A stretch of DNA of 64,000 nt. Origin: an uncultured delta proteobacterium. GTDB lineage: Bacteria; Desulfobacterota; Syntrophia; Syntrophales; UBA2185. Below, piece by piece: positions 18,595 to 28,181 of the stretch. The notes beneath the pieces were generated by a model that did not search any database, was not told the origin of the DNA, and saw only the letters and a list, made by a program, of their open reading frames with translations. Positions within the stretch are counted from its first letter, which is position 1. Each line of letters opens with the position of its first letter. Position numbers and translations under genes: made by a program. Location: contig CAVSPA010000005.1 of the NCBI GenBank assembly GCA_963729715.1, forward strand, positions 416,001-480,000, in the 5' to 3' direction.

Positions 18595-19572
18595 CTACTT
18601 TCTGTCGAGCCCGGTTGCATATCCGGTCCTCGGGTCGGCCTTAATCTTCTCCAACTGGACTTTTCCAACCAGTTCCAGTAGGCCCTGATGGTCCTTGACG
18701 CCAAAAATGAACTTATCAAGGTATTCCCGGTAGAGCTTATCATTCTTCGCGAAACCGCTGTGCTGGCTGAGATACTGGGGATCATAGTCGTAATAACGAT
18801 AGCAGGCGGTGGGATACGCGCCGAAGGGGATGGGTACGACGGCCGATACATGGATAAAAGGGATCTGGTTGTATTCCGGTTCTGCACGCAGCTCCTTCGA
18901 ATCGACAAGCTCCTCACAGGTAACAATGACGTTGCGGGCCGCCTTTGCCTGGTCCACGTCTGCGTAAGTGAGTCCCATCATGCGGCATGTTCCGAATTTG
19001 TCAGCTTTCTGCACGTGGATGATCGTGACATCGGGAATGATTGCGGGCACCAGGATGACCTTAGACGTGTTGCCCCAATTGCCGAAGGGACTATCAAGAA
19101 CAACGAGCTTGTTATCCGGAATTTTGGGGTCTTTTTTGCGCATGTCCCTTGAGAAGCCCCATTTGTTGACGATATCCGTACCAAAGGACGATTTAGTGGC
19201 AATAAAGGGAACGCCCATAGCGCCGGCATGAAAGCGCAGCGCCATCTGGTAGTTGGTATAATCCTCGAACTGGATTTCACCCCTCTGGATCGCGGCCTTG
19301 AACCGGATACAGGTAGGGGCGGATTTCGCGTTACCGCCGTAGGCGATTTCCAGCTTTGATATGCATCCCCCGCCCACGAGCTCGTCGACGCCGGTTCCGT
19401 TGGAATGGGCATAGCAATGAATGCCCCTGATTCTCTGGCGTATGATTTCGTAAACGGCGGCCATGGGGTTGCGGCTCACAGTAAATCCGCCGATGGATAT
19501 ATGGCAACCGTCCTTGACATAGTTCCTGATCGCCTCATCCAGGGCCATCACTTTTCCTTGATCTGCGCTCAT
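18595..19572 (-). CDS. CoA-transferase subunit A (GctA-like)
   Basis: IGGFTVSRNPMA, RFHAGAMGVPF, PDVTIIHVQKAD, VPIPFGAYPT; AAGGAG RBS before ATG 19572. Confidence 0.88.
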   Translation of the reverse strand: MSADQGKVMALDEAIRNYVKDGCHISIGGFTVSRNPMAAVYEIIRQRIRGIHCYAHSNGTGVDELVGGGCISKLEIAYGGNAKSAPTCIRFKAAIQRGEIQFEDYTNYQMALRFHAGAMGVPFIATKSSFGTDIVNKWGFSRDMRKKDPKIPDNKLVVLDSPFGNWGNTSKVILVPAIIPDVTIIHVQKADKFGTCRMMGLTYADVDQAKAARNVIVTCEELVDSKELRAEPEYNQIPFIHVSAVVPIPFGAYPTACYRYYDYDPQYLSQHSGFAKNDKLYREYLDKFIFGVKDHQGLLELVGKVQLEKIKADPRTGYATGLDRK

Positions 19573-19749
19573 TGATAACTCCTTGCAAAAAAAATCCAAG
19601 CCGTCCTGCGGCATATAGCGCTATGCCCAGGGTATTGTATGTTTCCCCACCAAGTTACTGAGGCAAGGCTTCTCGATATCCATCTGAAACACTGCATGCA
19701 GTTGTCGATCCATTAAAGCAACATTTCAGGAAATTAACAGCGGCCAAAG

Positions 19750-19778
19750 TTTATACCGTCTATCACAATATATGTCAA
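19750..19778 (-). promoter_or_regulatory. Sigma70 promoter for the CoA-transferase/symporter/acd operon
   Basis: Minus strand TTGACA-17 bp-TATAAA, about 180 bp upstream of the subunit A start. Confidence 0.7.
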
Positions 19779-20024
19779 CAATGATATACGTTACCATGGT
19801 GGTGTTATCTAATAATTTCCAATCGAAAGATTCTATGGAGGGGCAGAATCAAAAAAATAACTTAACAGAAAGTAGGCATCAATCTGATGAGAAACAATTA
19901 TTAATACTATCCAATCTTATGCCCATTGCTTTTTACATGGATATAAAATATTTTTACCAGTAATATCTCATCAGAGCCAGGTAAATGACAAATGCATTGA
20001 AAACATCATAGGAGACAACAGCAG

Positions 20025-20417
20025 ATGTTTAAAAAAATCATTACACCGAGAATATCAGAAACGAATATAACAGGACATATCGGCCACACCGAAATTCCGG
20101 TGTGGCTGGAAGAGGGCTATGAGGAAATCATTCAACTGTTTAGCCGGAATCTCGCGGAACCGAGTTTGATCACAGTCAACATGAATATGGATTTTCTTCA
20201 TGAGATATTCTTTGGCAAAGATGTGGAAATCCTTACCAGTGTGAAAAGGATTGGTACCTCAAGTTTCGTCTTGCACCAGGAGGGATATCAGGCCGGGAAG
20301 TTGTGCGTGCGAGCTTCGACCACCTTGGTCCACTTTGATTATTCGACCCATAAACCGGGCCCGATTCCGAAAACTTTTCTCGATATCCTCAAAGAGCATG
20401 TGTCGGTGAGCTCATGA
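20025..20417 (+). CDS. Hotdog-fold acyl-CoA thioesterase (4HBT/YbgC-like)
   Basis: PRISET..GH....W.E and RIGTSSF motifs; AGGAG RBS. Confidence 0.82.
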   Translation: MFKKIITPRISETNITGHIGHTEIPVWLEEGYEEIIQLFSRNLAEPSLITVNMNMDFLHEIFFGKDVEILTSVKRIGTSSFVLHQEGYQAGKLCVRASTTLVHFDYSTHKPGPIPKTFLDILKEHVSVSS

Positions 20418-20432
20418 ACTGTCACGGGTGAT

Positions 20433-20735
20433 TCAGAATTCTGAAGGAGGCCGGTTGATTTTAGCCGGCATAGATTTCCACCTGGATTCCCCTCTTGTGT
20501 GCTTTACCGATAGCTGAGGCGTTCTCTTCGCATGTAAAGGAATAATCTTCGATGAGGCTTTCTGCTTTTGCCTTGACAAATTATTGCCCGCGGGTATCTG
20601 TGCAAAGTTCTTGGGGAGAGAAATCGTTTTGCCTGTTGCATTGTTGGATGTCAGGTCAGCGGCATTGGAAATGGGGCAGAACGTGAATGCGAAGAAGGCA
20701 ATAAAAATTAACACCTGTGCAGAAAGTCTTCTCAT
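20433..20735 (-). CDS. Hypothetical small exported basic protein
   Basis: Signal-peptide-like MRRLSAQVLIFIAFFAFTFCPISNA; AAGG RBS; no recognised domain. Confidence 0.45.
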   Translation of the reverse strand: MRRLSAQVLIFIAFFAFTFCPISNAADLTSNNATGKTISLPKNFAQIPAGNNLSRQKQKASSKIIPLHAKRTPQLSVKHTRGESRWKSMPAKINRPPSEF

Positions 20736-20925
20736 ATTGAATGCACCTTTCAGAAGAATTGTTATAATCATTTACTCTGGTTAAGATCCAAGACAATTAT
20801 GGAAAGGCTTATCATGTTCGACTTGATGCTTATGAACTCTGCTGTATTTTAAAGCGTCAACCGAGGTTCAGCCTTTCGCTCGCTGGATCCATCATTCAGT
20901 CCGCTTGAGTGTAATTCTCTCCGGA

Positions 20926-21363
20926 TTATGTCGTTACATCTACAGTATTAGTAACAGTGCCATCCGAAATAGAACTGTTATTAGAGCTTGATGTAGAATC
21001 CTGTGAGGCATCCAATTTGTGATGGTGATGTCTCTTGTGGGCGGTCTGCATATCCTGTTGCAGCTTTGTTAACGCATCCTGTGCCTTTGTCAGATCGCCT
21101 GATTGAAGCGCTTGGCCAAGGGCACTAAAATCGCCTGCAAGCTGGCTCTGACTATTGCCTTGCTGCCCGGTTTGTGTTTGACTACCCGCCGATAAATTGG
21201 GCATCAATTGCTGCAGTGCCGCAAAGGCTTGTTGGGCCGCATTAAGATCGCCGGACTGCAAAGCCTGCCCGAGCTGTTGAAAGTAATCTCGTATTTGCTG
21301 AAAGTTAGTCTTTGCGCTGTTCGTCTGATAAAGATTGGTATTGGATACGCCGGAAACTGACAT
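20926..21363 (-). CDS. Gln/Ser-rich protein with two LGQALQSGDL repeats and a His tract
   Basis: GAGGAGG RBS before ATG 21363 (MSVSGVSNT); internal duplication; HKRHHHHK. Confidence 0.75.
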   Translation of the reverse strand: MSVSGVSNTNLYQTNSAKTNFQQIRDYFQQLGQALQSGDLNAAQQAFAALQQLMPNLSAGSQTQTGQQGNSQSQLAGDFSALGQALQSGDLTKAQDALTKLQQDMQTAHKRHHHHKLDASQDSTSSSNNSSISDGTVTNTVDVTT

Positions 21364-21459
21364 GATAAGCCTCCTCATAAGTTTCAATGTTGTTTTTATG
21401 TGTAAAAGCTTTCGGCTGCAATTATTGCACAATATTCTCCACAACCTGATGACAATTGC

Positions 21460-21476
21460 TGCAAACCATATACCAA
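21460..21476 (-). promoter_or_regulatory. Sigma54 (-24/-12) promoter for the Gln-rich gene
   Basis: Minus strand TTGGTATATGGTTTGCA, i.e. GG-N10-GC, about 100 bp upstream of the ATG. Confidence 0.6.
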
Positions 21477-21776
21477 TATCGCTTTCCTCATGCATCACAG
21501 CCAATCGGCAGATTTATCAATAATTTAGACTGATACTATAGTTGGGCGCCTTGAGGTACATACTGCCCTTTAGGGTCTGTACTCGGCAAAATGTTCCACT
21601 CGTTGCAACTAAAGGAATGTGGCCGGAAAGCCGATAGACACAAGTGAAGCCGGCAAAATTGTTGGACAAGAGAAGCGGCTCAGCTTATTTCTGCGTTCTT
21701 TTCCGGGGATATATAGTCAAAAGCAATTAGATCGTATTCCTGAGGGATGAACGATGACAATAATTAACAAGGATCA

Positions 21777-22127
21777 GTGGGCAATATGGGCTTTCCCAAG
21801 TGGTTGGCAGGATCAAGAAAGGGTCATGTCAGTGGAACAGCGAGAACTGTTGCACAAGGCTGGAAGACCATCAAAGAAAGAAATCCCGGGATGAGCCCGA
21901 TGGATATTGCACATACTTATGTCAGGAAACGTTACACGGCAAGAGACGATATGCATTTGGCAAAAGAAGTCCTGCGTATGCTGCGCAAGGTCAATCCCTT
22001 GAACCTCTCGTGGGCGATTTTGATGGTTGAGAACAAAGATCAATCAGTCAATCTATATGACCGCATGTCCGAGTGGCAGCACGTAATGATACAGGAAATA
22101 AGAAAACACGGGATAGACCCGGAATAA
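21777..22127 (+). CDS. Hypothetical protein
   Basis: 116-aa ORF filling the gap before the HDOD gene; start may be ATG 21786. Confidence 0.55.
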   Translation: MGNMGFPKWLAGSRKGHVSGTARTVAQGWKTIKERNPGMSPMDIAHTYVRKRYTARDDMHLAKEVLRMLRKVNPLNLSWAILMVENKDQSVNLYDRMSEWQHVMIQEIRKHGIDPE

Positions 22128-22203
22128 GAGTTTCTTCTCCTCGTCGAGCAGCTAAGTGTGGGGCGCAGGCCTCATACCTCTCAGAAAATCGCAGGAGGCT
22201 AAC

Positions 22204-23061
22204 ATGGTGAAACGCAAAAAACCGGAAGCCCTCCTCAAGGGTTGGGTGGAATTGTCGTCCCTGCCCTTCATCTACATCAAAATTAATAATGCAATTAACG
22301 ACCGCCATTCTTCCATAAGAGATATCAGCGATATAATAAGCGGTGACCCGAGCCTTACGACCCGCCTGCTCAGGCTCGTCAACAGCGCGTTTTATGGTTT
22401 TCCATCGAAAATCGACACGGTCAGCCGCGCCCTTCTGGCAGTGGGTACGAACCAGTTACGCGATCTTGCCCTGGCAACTTCGGTAATGAGTCTCTTTAAA
22501 GGGATACCGGCAGGCCTTGTCAGCATGGAGTCACTCTGGAGGCACAGTGTAGCCTGTGGCCTCGCCGCAAAGATGCTCTCAACAGCCAGACGGCGTGAGG
22601 CGAACATGGAGCGTTTCTTTACGGCAGGTATCATTCATGACATAGGCAGGCTCGTTATATACAAGATGATGCCGGACGCAGCACAGGAAATGATTCTTCG
22701 CTGCAGGGTCAATAATGAGCCGTTATATCTGGTTGAAAAAGAAGTGATCGGTTTTGACCATGCGGATTTGGGGCGTGCGCTCGTGCAATTATGGAATCTG
22801 CCGGCGAGTTTAGAGGAGATGATAGCCTGCCATCACTCTCCCTCGGAAGCGCGGCTATATCCTGTCGAGGCATGCGTGGTCCACATAGCCGATTACATAG
22901 CCCATGAAATGCAGTTGGGAGAGAGCGGAGAACAGTATATCCCGCCCTTGGACAAGAAGGTATGGAAGCTCGTGGGAATTCCCGAAAGCGCCCTGTCTTT
23001 CATATCGGATCCATTGAGGGCGGAGTTTGAAGATGTCGTGCAGTCGCTATGGGAATTGTAA
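22204..23061 (+). CDS. Stand-alone HDOD-domain signalling protein
   Basis: LSSLP, DPSLTTRLLRLVNSAFYG, WRHSVACG, IHDIGRL, GFDHA..G..L...WNLP; AGGAGG RBS. Confidence 0.92.
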   Translation: MVKRKKPEALLKGWVELSSLPFIYIKINNAINDRHSSIRDISDIISGDPSLTTRLLRLVNSAFYGFPSKIDTVSRALLAVGTNQLRDLALATSVMSLFKGIPAGLVSMESLWRHSVACGLAAKMLSTARRREANMERFFTAGIIHDIGRLVIYKMMPDAAQEMILRCRVNNEPLYLVEKEVIGFDHADLGRALVQLWNLPASLEEMIACHHSPSEARLYPVEACVVHIADYIAHEMQLGESGEQYIPPLDKKVWKLVGIPESALSFISDPLRAEFEDVVQSLWEL

Positions 23062-23390
23062 GTGCAAGGGCTGCCTTGCCCACATCCAACAACCGGAGTG
23101 GAGCTGATGGAGGGAAGGGCAGCTGCGCGCCCGCAAGCCGCGACACGGCTTGTCCTCAATGATTGAATATAATCATACCAAGTAACATATTTAAATAACC
23201 AGCGAGTTTAATCCACTGGACGGTCTTAACTCTCTTTGAATCGCTGATAAATTTTCTTTGTCGACCACTCTTTTACATCTTGTTTAAATTCAGAATTAAC
23301 CATAATCTTATCAGATATTTCCTGGTTAGCGTCCGGCCCTGTCGCTTGCGAGAAGCAGAGAGAGCCGCTGACAAAAAAAGGGGAGAGCAC

Positions 23391-23795
23391 CTAAAGCAGC
23401 GGTATCTTCTTCGGGGCCTCTGAGAAGGAGTACAACGTCGCCACGGCTTCTGTAAAGTAAAAGGTTACAAATGTTTCGTCATTTGCCCCTTTCGGATAGA
23501 TCTTGAGAAGAGTGGCGGATTCTTTGAATGCCTGGGCCTTTGCGTCAAGCGTATCGTCAAATGCGATCCGACCTCTTATCCTCATCCACGTCGAGTCGTT
23601 TCCCATATCCGAAATCTCGATTTCAGGATTCTGAGACAACTGCCTGTATACGTCTTTGGTTTTGTTGGTACAGAAATACAGCGCGCCGTTCTTCTTCATG
23701 ACGAAACCGAAGGGGCGAACCCGCGCCTTCGTGCCGTCAACAGTGGCGATGTGAAAAACAGGATTAGCCTTCAGATACTCAAGAGCGGTAGTCAT
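23391..23795 (-). CDS. Pyridoxamine 5'-phosphate oxidase-like FMN-binding protein
   Basis: IATVDG...RVRPF, LYFCTNKTKDVYRQL..NP. Confidence 0.88.
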   Translation of the reverse strand: MTTALEYLKANPVFHIATVDGTKARVRPFGFVMKKNGALYFCTNKTKDVYRQLSQNPEIEISDMGNDSTWMRIRGRIAFDDTLDAKAQAFKESATLLKIYPKGANDETFVTFYFTEAVATLYSFSEAPKKIPLL

Positions 23796-23874
23796 AGGAA
23801 CCTCCCAGAATGCAGTATTTTTGTTGGTGTGCTCGTATATAGGAAATAATACCCAATTGTCGGATTAATTGGAA

Positions 23875-24020
23875 TCAAATATTGATCCCTGTTCCGAAGG
23901 CAAGAGAAAATAAGATAGTGATCAAGGCGAGCTTCTTCAGTTCCTTGTCAAATGAAAGCAGGCTTTGAAAATGAAATATATGCAGCAGATGTTTTGTAAG
24001 GGGAACGAGTATGAGAACGT
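23875..24020 (-). pseudogene. Possible C-terminal remnant of a MenA-type prenyltransferase
   Basis: LVPLTKHLLHIF....FDKELKKLALITILFSLAFGTG resembles the last two helices of MenA proteins (recognition only). Confidence 0.3.
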
Positions 24021-24304
24021 GATGTCTTACCCCTGAAGAGAGTTCTTTTCCCCTTTCATAGCGCATCCTCCCACGTCATTGATATGATCCAGCAGCCTGC
24101 AATCGTTTTATATGCCTTGGTGCAGGCCTGACACTTTCCGTATTGCCGACATACGAATAGGATTCCCTAAAAATCGTCGATAAAAGATTGCCTTTTCACG
24201 GTGGGAGTACATGAACAAGGATTTTGTGTGTCAATGGAATTATGACCAGAAGATGTCGCGGGATCGGCGTAAATCCTTACGCATTGAAACCTTGTATTCC
24301 AGCA

Positions 24305-24348
24305 TAAAAAACGGGAAAGGTAAGGATTACTGCTGCCCTTCCCCGTTA
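24305..24348 (-). terminator. Rho-independent terminator after the Cache-domain gene
   Basis: Minus strand aacggggaagggcag...cctttcccgtt followed by a T run. Confidence 0.6.
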
Positions 24349-24368
24349 AAAAGATATAATCACATTGT

Positions 24369-24854
24369 TTACTTGTAGTAGCCGCAGATAATTATCACGT
24401 TACCGATTCTTTCAAAAAAAGTCGACTTCTGCTCGATCTTCTTGGTCTGCGGGTTCATCCACTTGTAGTCCATGACCCCCTTATTATTCATCTTTGTATC
24501 ATCGATTATGGCCTTGATGAACTTTTTCCCGACGGCGTCTTCGCGATCTATCAAATTCGCTCCGATAAGCTTTGCGTCTGCGCCGTGTGCCAGGACGTTG
24601 CCATCGGGATCAATCACATAGATATAGAGATCGCTGTGAACGAACCTCCCGGTGGTCTTGTTGAATTGGGCAAAGGCCCTGTCCCTGCCGTTTGCCTGAT
24701 AGTAGACAACGGCCCTCGAGAGCAGGGCCTTGGCTTCACTTGCCGTTCCTTTTTCCTGTGCATAGGCACCGCCCACGCAGAGAAGCCCGATCAGAATCCC
24801 TGCCAAAATAATTTTCACAATTCCTAATTCTTTAACTGCTTTTATGGTCTCCAT
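24369..24854 (-). CDS. Stand-alone exported single Cache (sCache_2) domain protein
   Basis: DLYIYVID..G..LAHG, D..GK.FI, YKW.NP.TKKIE.K, CGYYK; AGGAGG RBS. Confidence 0.88.
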   Translation of the reverse strand: METIKAVKELGIVKIILAGILIGLLCVGGAYAQEKGTASEAKALLSRAVVYYQANGRDRAFAQFNKTTGRFVHSDLYIYVIDPDGNVLAHGADAKLIGANLIDREDAVGKKFIKAIIDDTKMNNKGVMDYKWMNPQTKKIEQKSTFFERIGNVIIICGYYK

Positions 24855-25082
24855 TTTCCGTCCTCCTAAACATGATGCCGAGTCTGTCAACTATTTTTCC
24901 GTCTCTGTTAATGACATAGTGTTCTTTTTTGATATTTGCAAGAAGATTTGAAAATGCCTTCTTCATCTAGGGAGTCTTGCATACACTTCTCTTTTCTTAT
25001 CATCAAGTCCGGAATTGCAGAAGTATCCGCGATCAGGGACATCCTTATTTATCGGTTCGAACTCTCTGATTGATAGCTCCGA

Positions 25083-25646
25083 TTAGATTTTGATCTCCTG
25101 GAGAAGGATCTCCATGCGGTCGGCAATGTCAAGAATGGACGGTTCGTAACTGACAGGATATCCGAGGGAAGCAAAAATGCGCTTCATCCCTTCGTTCCGG
25201 TAATCGAGAAGTATTTCGATACTGGCGAGTCCTTTGGACCGGGCGATATTGACGACTCTTGTCACCATGAGCTTCCCCAGGCCTTTCCTTTGCCAGTTGT
25301 CTCTCAAGACAACGGTAAGCTCCGCGTGATCTGAATTCTGTTTGACGATGTAACGGCAGGTACCGACGATGGATTCCTTTGTGTCCTCCGTGATAATGGC
25401 AGCGAGGGCGAAATGGGTTTCGTAATCAATCTCCACAAGCTGCTTCAGCATCTCCGGCTGCAGCTTTTCCAAATGGTTTAAGAAGCGAAAGTAGATGGTC
25501 TCCCGGGATAAACTCTTGAAAAAATCCAGAAGGAGCGGACCATCGGTCGGCTTGATCGGTCTCACGAAGACGGCCGAACCGTCCGAGAGGGTGATCCATT
25601 CCTCATAATAGTAGGGATATTGCCGATAGATTCTGAAGGCTTCCAT
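25083..25646 (-). CDS. GNAT acetyltransferase (like the Pat/acyl-CoA synthetase acetylase GNAT domain)
   Basis: VRPIKPTD, LSRETIYFRF, IDYETHFAL, WQRKGLG. Confidence 0.88.
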   Translation of the reverse strand: MEAFRIYRQYPYYYEEWITLSDGSAVFVRPIKPTDGPLLLDFFKSLSRETIYFRFLNHLEKLQPEMLKQLVEIDYETHFALAAIITEDTKESIVGTCRYIVKQNSDHAELTVVLRDNWQRKGLGKLMVTRVVNIARSKGLASIEILLDYRNEGMKRIFASLGYPVSYEPSILDIADRMEILLQEIKI

Positions 25647-25855
25647 TTTTTAGAGGCGGACCCTCCTTAACCTGGCGGACAAAAGCCCTGCTTCCCTTTA
25701 TGGTCTTTCCAATCGAAGTCCGATCCAAAAAAGATGCGGGCATATTTTCTTGACAAGGCCATGGCGCCTATATATCGTGTACATAAGGCCCGTGTACAAG
25801 CAATTTTGACGGGTGTCAAATGGAAACTTAATGAACAAGCACTGGGAGGTAAAGT

Positions 25856-26509
25856 ATGAGCACACCGATAGAACAATACTGGCAGTTGAGACTCGCTGAC
25901 CTCAAGAAGGCGCTGGAAGCAAACAACTTCGAGGTCTTCCTGGCGAACGATGCGGATGAGGTAAAAAAGATTGTCTTCAAAGAAATCATACCTGCGGTGA
26001 AGCCTGCTGTCGTTTCCTGGGGCACGTCTATGACGTCCATGGAGACAGGCCTTCACTCCGCTCTCAAAGCCGATACATCATTTAAGACAATAGAGACATC
26101 GGACAAGACCATCTCCTGGGATGAAAACGTTGAGCGTCGAAGACAGTCGCTCCTCGCTGATTTATTCATCCTGGCAACCAACGCCGTAACGGAGAACGGC
26201 GAGCTAGTCAACCTGGACGGGACGGGAAACCGCGTTGCGGGTTTAACGTTCGGCCCCAAGAACGTAATTGTCCTGGCAAGCCGGAACAAAGTCGTTTCGG
26301 ATTTGGACGAGGCCTTTAGACGCATCAAGAATTACGCGGCGCCGGTCAATGCGATACGCCTGAACAGAAAAACACCCTGCGTCAAGACGTCCTACTGCGA
26401 AGAGTGCAAGAGCGCGGAGCGCATCTGCAACACCTGGACGATCACCGAAAAATCGGCTCCTAAAGGAAGGGTGAAAGTCATACTGATTAACCAGAACTTT
26501 GGCCTTTAG
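25856..26509 (+). CDS. LUD-domain (LutC/YkgG-like) protein
   Basis: TNAVTENGELVNLDGTGNRVA, FGPKNV, TPC....C..C....RIC. Confidence 0.88.
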   Translation: MSTPIEQYWQLRLADLKKALEANNFEVFLANDADEVKKIVFKEIIPAVKPAVVSWGTSMTSMETGLHSALKADTSFKTIETSDKTISWDENVERRRQSLLADLFILATNAVTENGELVNLDGTGNRVAGLTFGPKNVIVLASRNKVVSDLDEAFRRIKNYAAPVNAIRLNRKTPCVKTSYCEECKSAERICNTWTITEKSAPKGRVKVILINQNFGL

Positions 26510-26573
26510 CAGGACTTTGCTTGATGTGGAGAATATACCAACGTCGGGCATAAAGAGGGAGCGAAGAATATCC

Positions 26574-27446
26574 ATGAAAGAACCGTCTGATTTGGCAAAC
26601 TGGGTGGAGAGTATCATCCGCGATTATATAAACACATCTCCGGAGAATACCCTCAAGAACGAGGCCAACGAAAAGGCATGGAGTGACCCCCTCGTGGGAT
26701 TCTCACGGGGAGATGATCCTCTATACGAAGACTACAAGAAGCATGTAGGGTCTTTTCACTGGACGCCGTTGGAGATCTTTAAGCAGACATTCCCAGAGGC
26801 CAAGGTGAGTGCGGAAGACCTAACCGTCATAAGCTGGATCCTCCCGCAGACGGAAGCGACCAAGGCGGATACCCGGAAAGAAAAGGAATTCCCGCCGGAG
26901 CGATGGGCCAGGTCCCGCCTCTATGGCGAAGAGGTAAATAAAAAGCTTCGCAAGCACGTTGTAGCCGCCCTGCAAGAAAAAGGATACAGGGCCGTTGCGC
27001 CTGTGCTGTCATCTCTGTGGTCGCGGCAGATGTCCAAAGCGTACGGTTTTGCCTCGAACTGGTCGGAAAGGCATGCAGCCTATGCAGCGGGCCTGGGCAC
27101 ATTCGGCCTTTGTGACGGCTTGATTACGCCGCACGGAAAGGCCGTGCGCGTGGGCTCCGTGGTGGCGCAAATCCGGATCCCCGCGACCGCCCGACCTTAT
27201 GACGATCACCACGCATACTGCCTGTTCTATTCGCAGGGCGCCTGCAAGAGCTGCATTTCCCGCTGTCCCGTGGGGGCGCTGAGCGAGGCCGGCCATGACA
27301 AGATGAAGTGCTACAGCCACGCATACGGCAGTTCATTAAATCATATAAGAGCACTGCATGGTTTTGAAGTCGGGTCCTGCGGCCTTTGCCAGACAAAGGT
27401 GCCTTGCGAGTCCAGTATTCCCAAGAAGGCTTGGGGAAAGAAGTAG
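26574..27446 (+). CDS. QueG/reductive-dehalogenase-superfamily 4Fe-4S protein
   Basis: WSERHAAYAAGLGTFGL, G.AVR.GSV, C......CxxCxxxCP...CGLCQ..VPC. Confidence 0.85.
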   Translation: MKEPSDLANWVESIIRDYINTSPENTLKNEANEKAWSDPLVGFSRGDDPLYEDYKKHVGSFHWTPLEIFKQTFPEAKVSAEDLTVISWILPQTEATKADTRKEKEFPPERWARSRLYGEEVNKKLRKHVVAALQEKGYRAVAPVLSSLWSRQMSKAYGFASNWSERHAAYAAGLGTFGLCDGLITPHGKAVRVGSVVAQIRIPATARPYDDHHAYCLFYSQGACKSCISRCPVGALSEAGHDKMKCYSHAYGSSLNHIRALHGFEVGSCGLCQTKVPCESSIPKKAWGKK

Positions 27447-27448
27447 AA

Positions 27449-27473
27449 AGATTTCTCGCTGCGCTGAAATGAC
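27449..27473 (-). repeat. Short REP-like GTCATT...GAGAAATCT repeat
   Basis: Reverse complement gtcatttcagcgcagcgagaaatct; related to 29226-29259. Confidence 0.55.
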
Positions 27474-27492
27474 AATACGAAGGGAAGTGAAA

Positions 27493-28098
27493 ATGATTAT
27501 TGAGATGCGGATCTTTTCCGACTACGTCTGACCCTTCTGCTACATAGGCAAGGGCATTGTCGACTCATTAAAAAAAGAATTTGATATCAAGGACGACTGG
27601 CAGAGCTTTGAACTGCATCCCGAGACGCCGCCTGAGGGGATATCTTATGCGAAGAGGTTCCCGGGGGCGGATGTCGAGGCGATGTATGAAAACATCAGGA
27701 AAAGGGGCGACGAATTCGGCATCAAATTCGGCCCCCGGGTGCTGCTCGCCAATTCACGCATGTCTCTCGAAGCAAGCGAATATGCCCGCGACGTGGGCAA
27801 GTATGAGCTTTTTCATGAACGGATGTTTTATACATATTTCACGGAATCGAAAGACATCGGCAGCCCAAAAGTGCTCACGGAGAGCGCCAGCGTGTGCGGG
27901 CTTGATACGGATGAACTCCTGAAGGCTCTGAAGGAACGTCGCTATGCCCATCGGCTCGAGGAATCGAGAAAGGAAGCCGGACAGATCCATCTGACGGGCG
28001 TTCCGACCTTCATCATCAACGGGAAAACGAAATTCGTCGGTGCGCAGCAGATTGCGGTCTTCGAAGACTTGCTAAGAAAAATGGCCGATAAGCAATGA
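27493..28098 (+). CDS. DsbA/FrnE-family thiol oxidoreductase selenoprotein (UxxC, Sec at TGA 27529-27531)
   Basis: MIIEMRIFSDYV-U-PFCYIGKG...FELHPETP continues in frame into ORF 27682..28098 (TGVPTFII, GAQ). TGA occupies the first Cys position of the CPFC motif. Confidence 0.88.
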
Positions 28099-28181
28099 TA
28101 GCTGTTATAAAGCTCCGTGTGGAAAATAATCAATGAATTGTTGGCAAAGATGAAGATTTGAAAGAGGTAAGGGTGAGGGTT

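Noticed and set aside
21586..21660. ggcaaaatgttcc...ggaatgtggccggaaagcc resembling a c-di-GMP-I riboswitch
   Set aside because: No GNRA tetraloop, GCAAAG and P3 elements match poorly, and there is no closing P1. The repeated ggcaaaat motifs fit sigma54 activator sites at least as well
27682..28098. 138-aa ORF-track call as a complete gene
   Set aside because: It lacks the active site and is the 3' part of the UGA-readthrough gene starting at 27493
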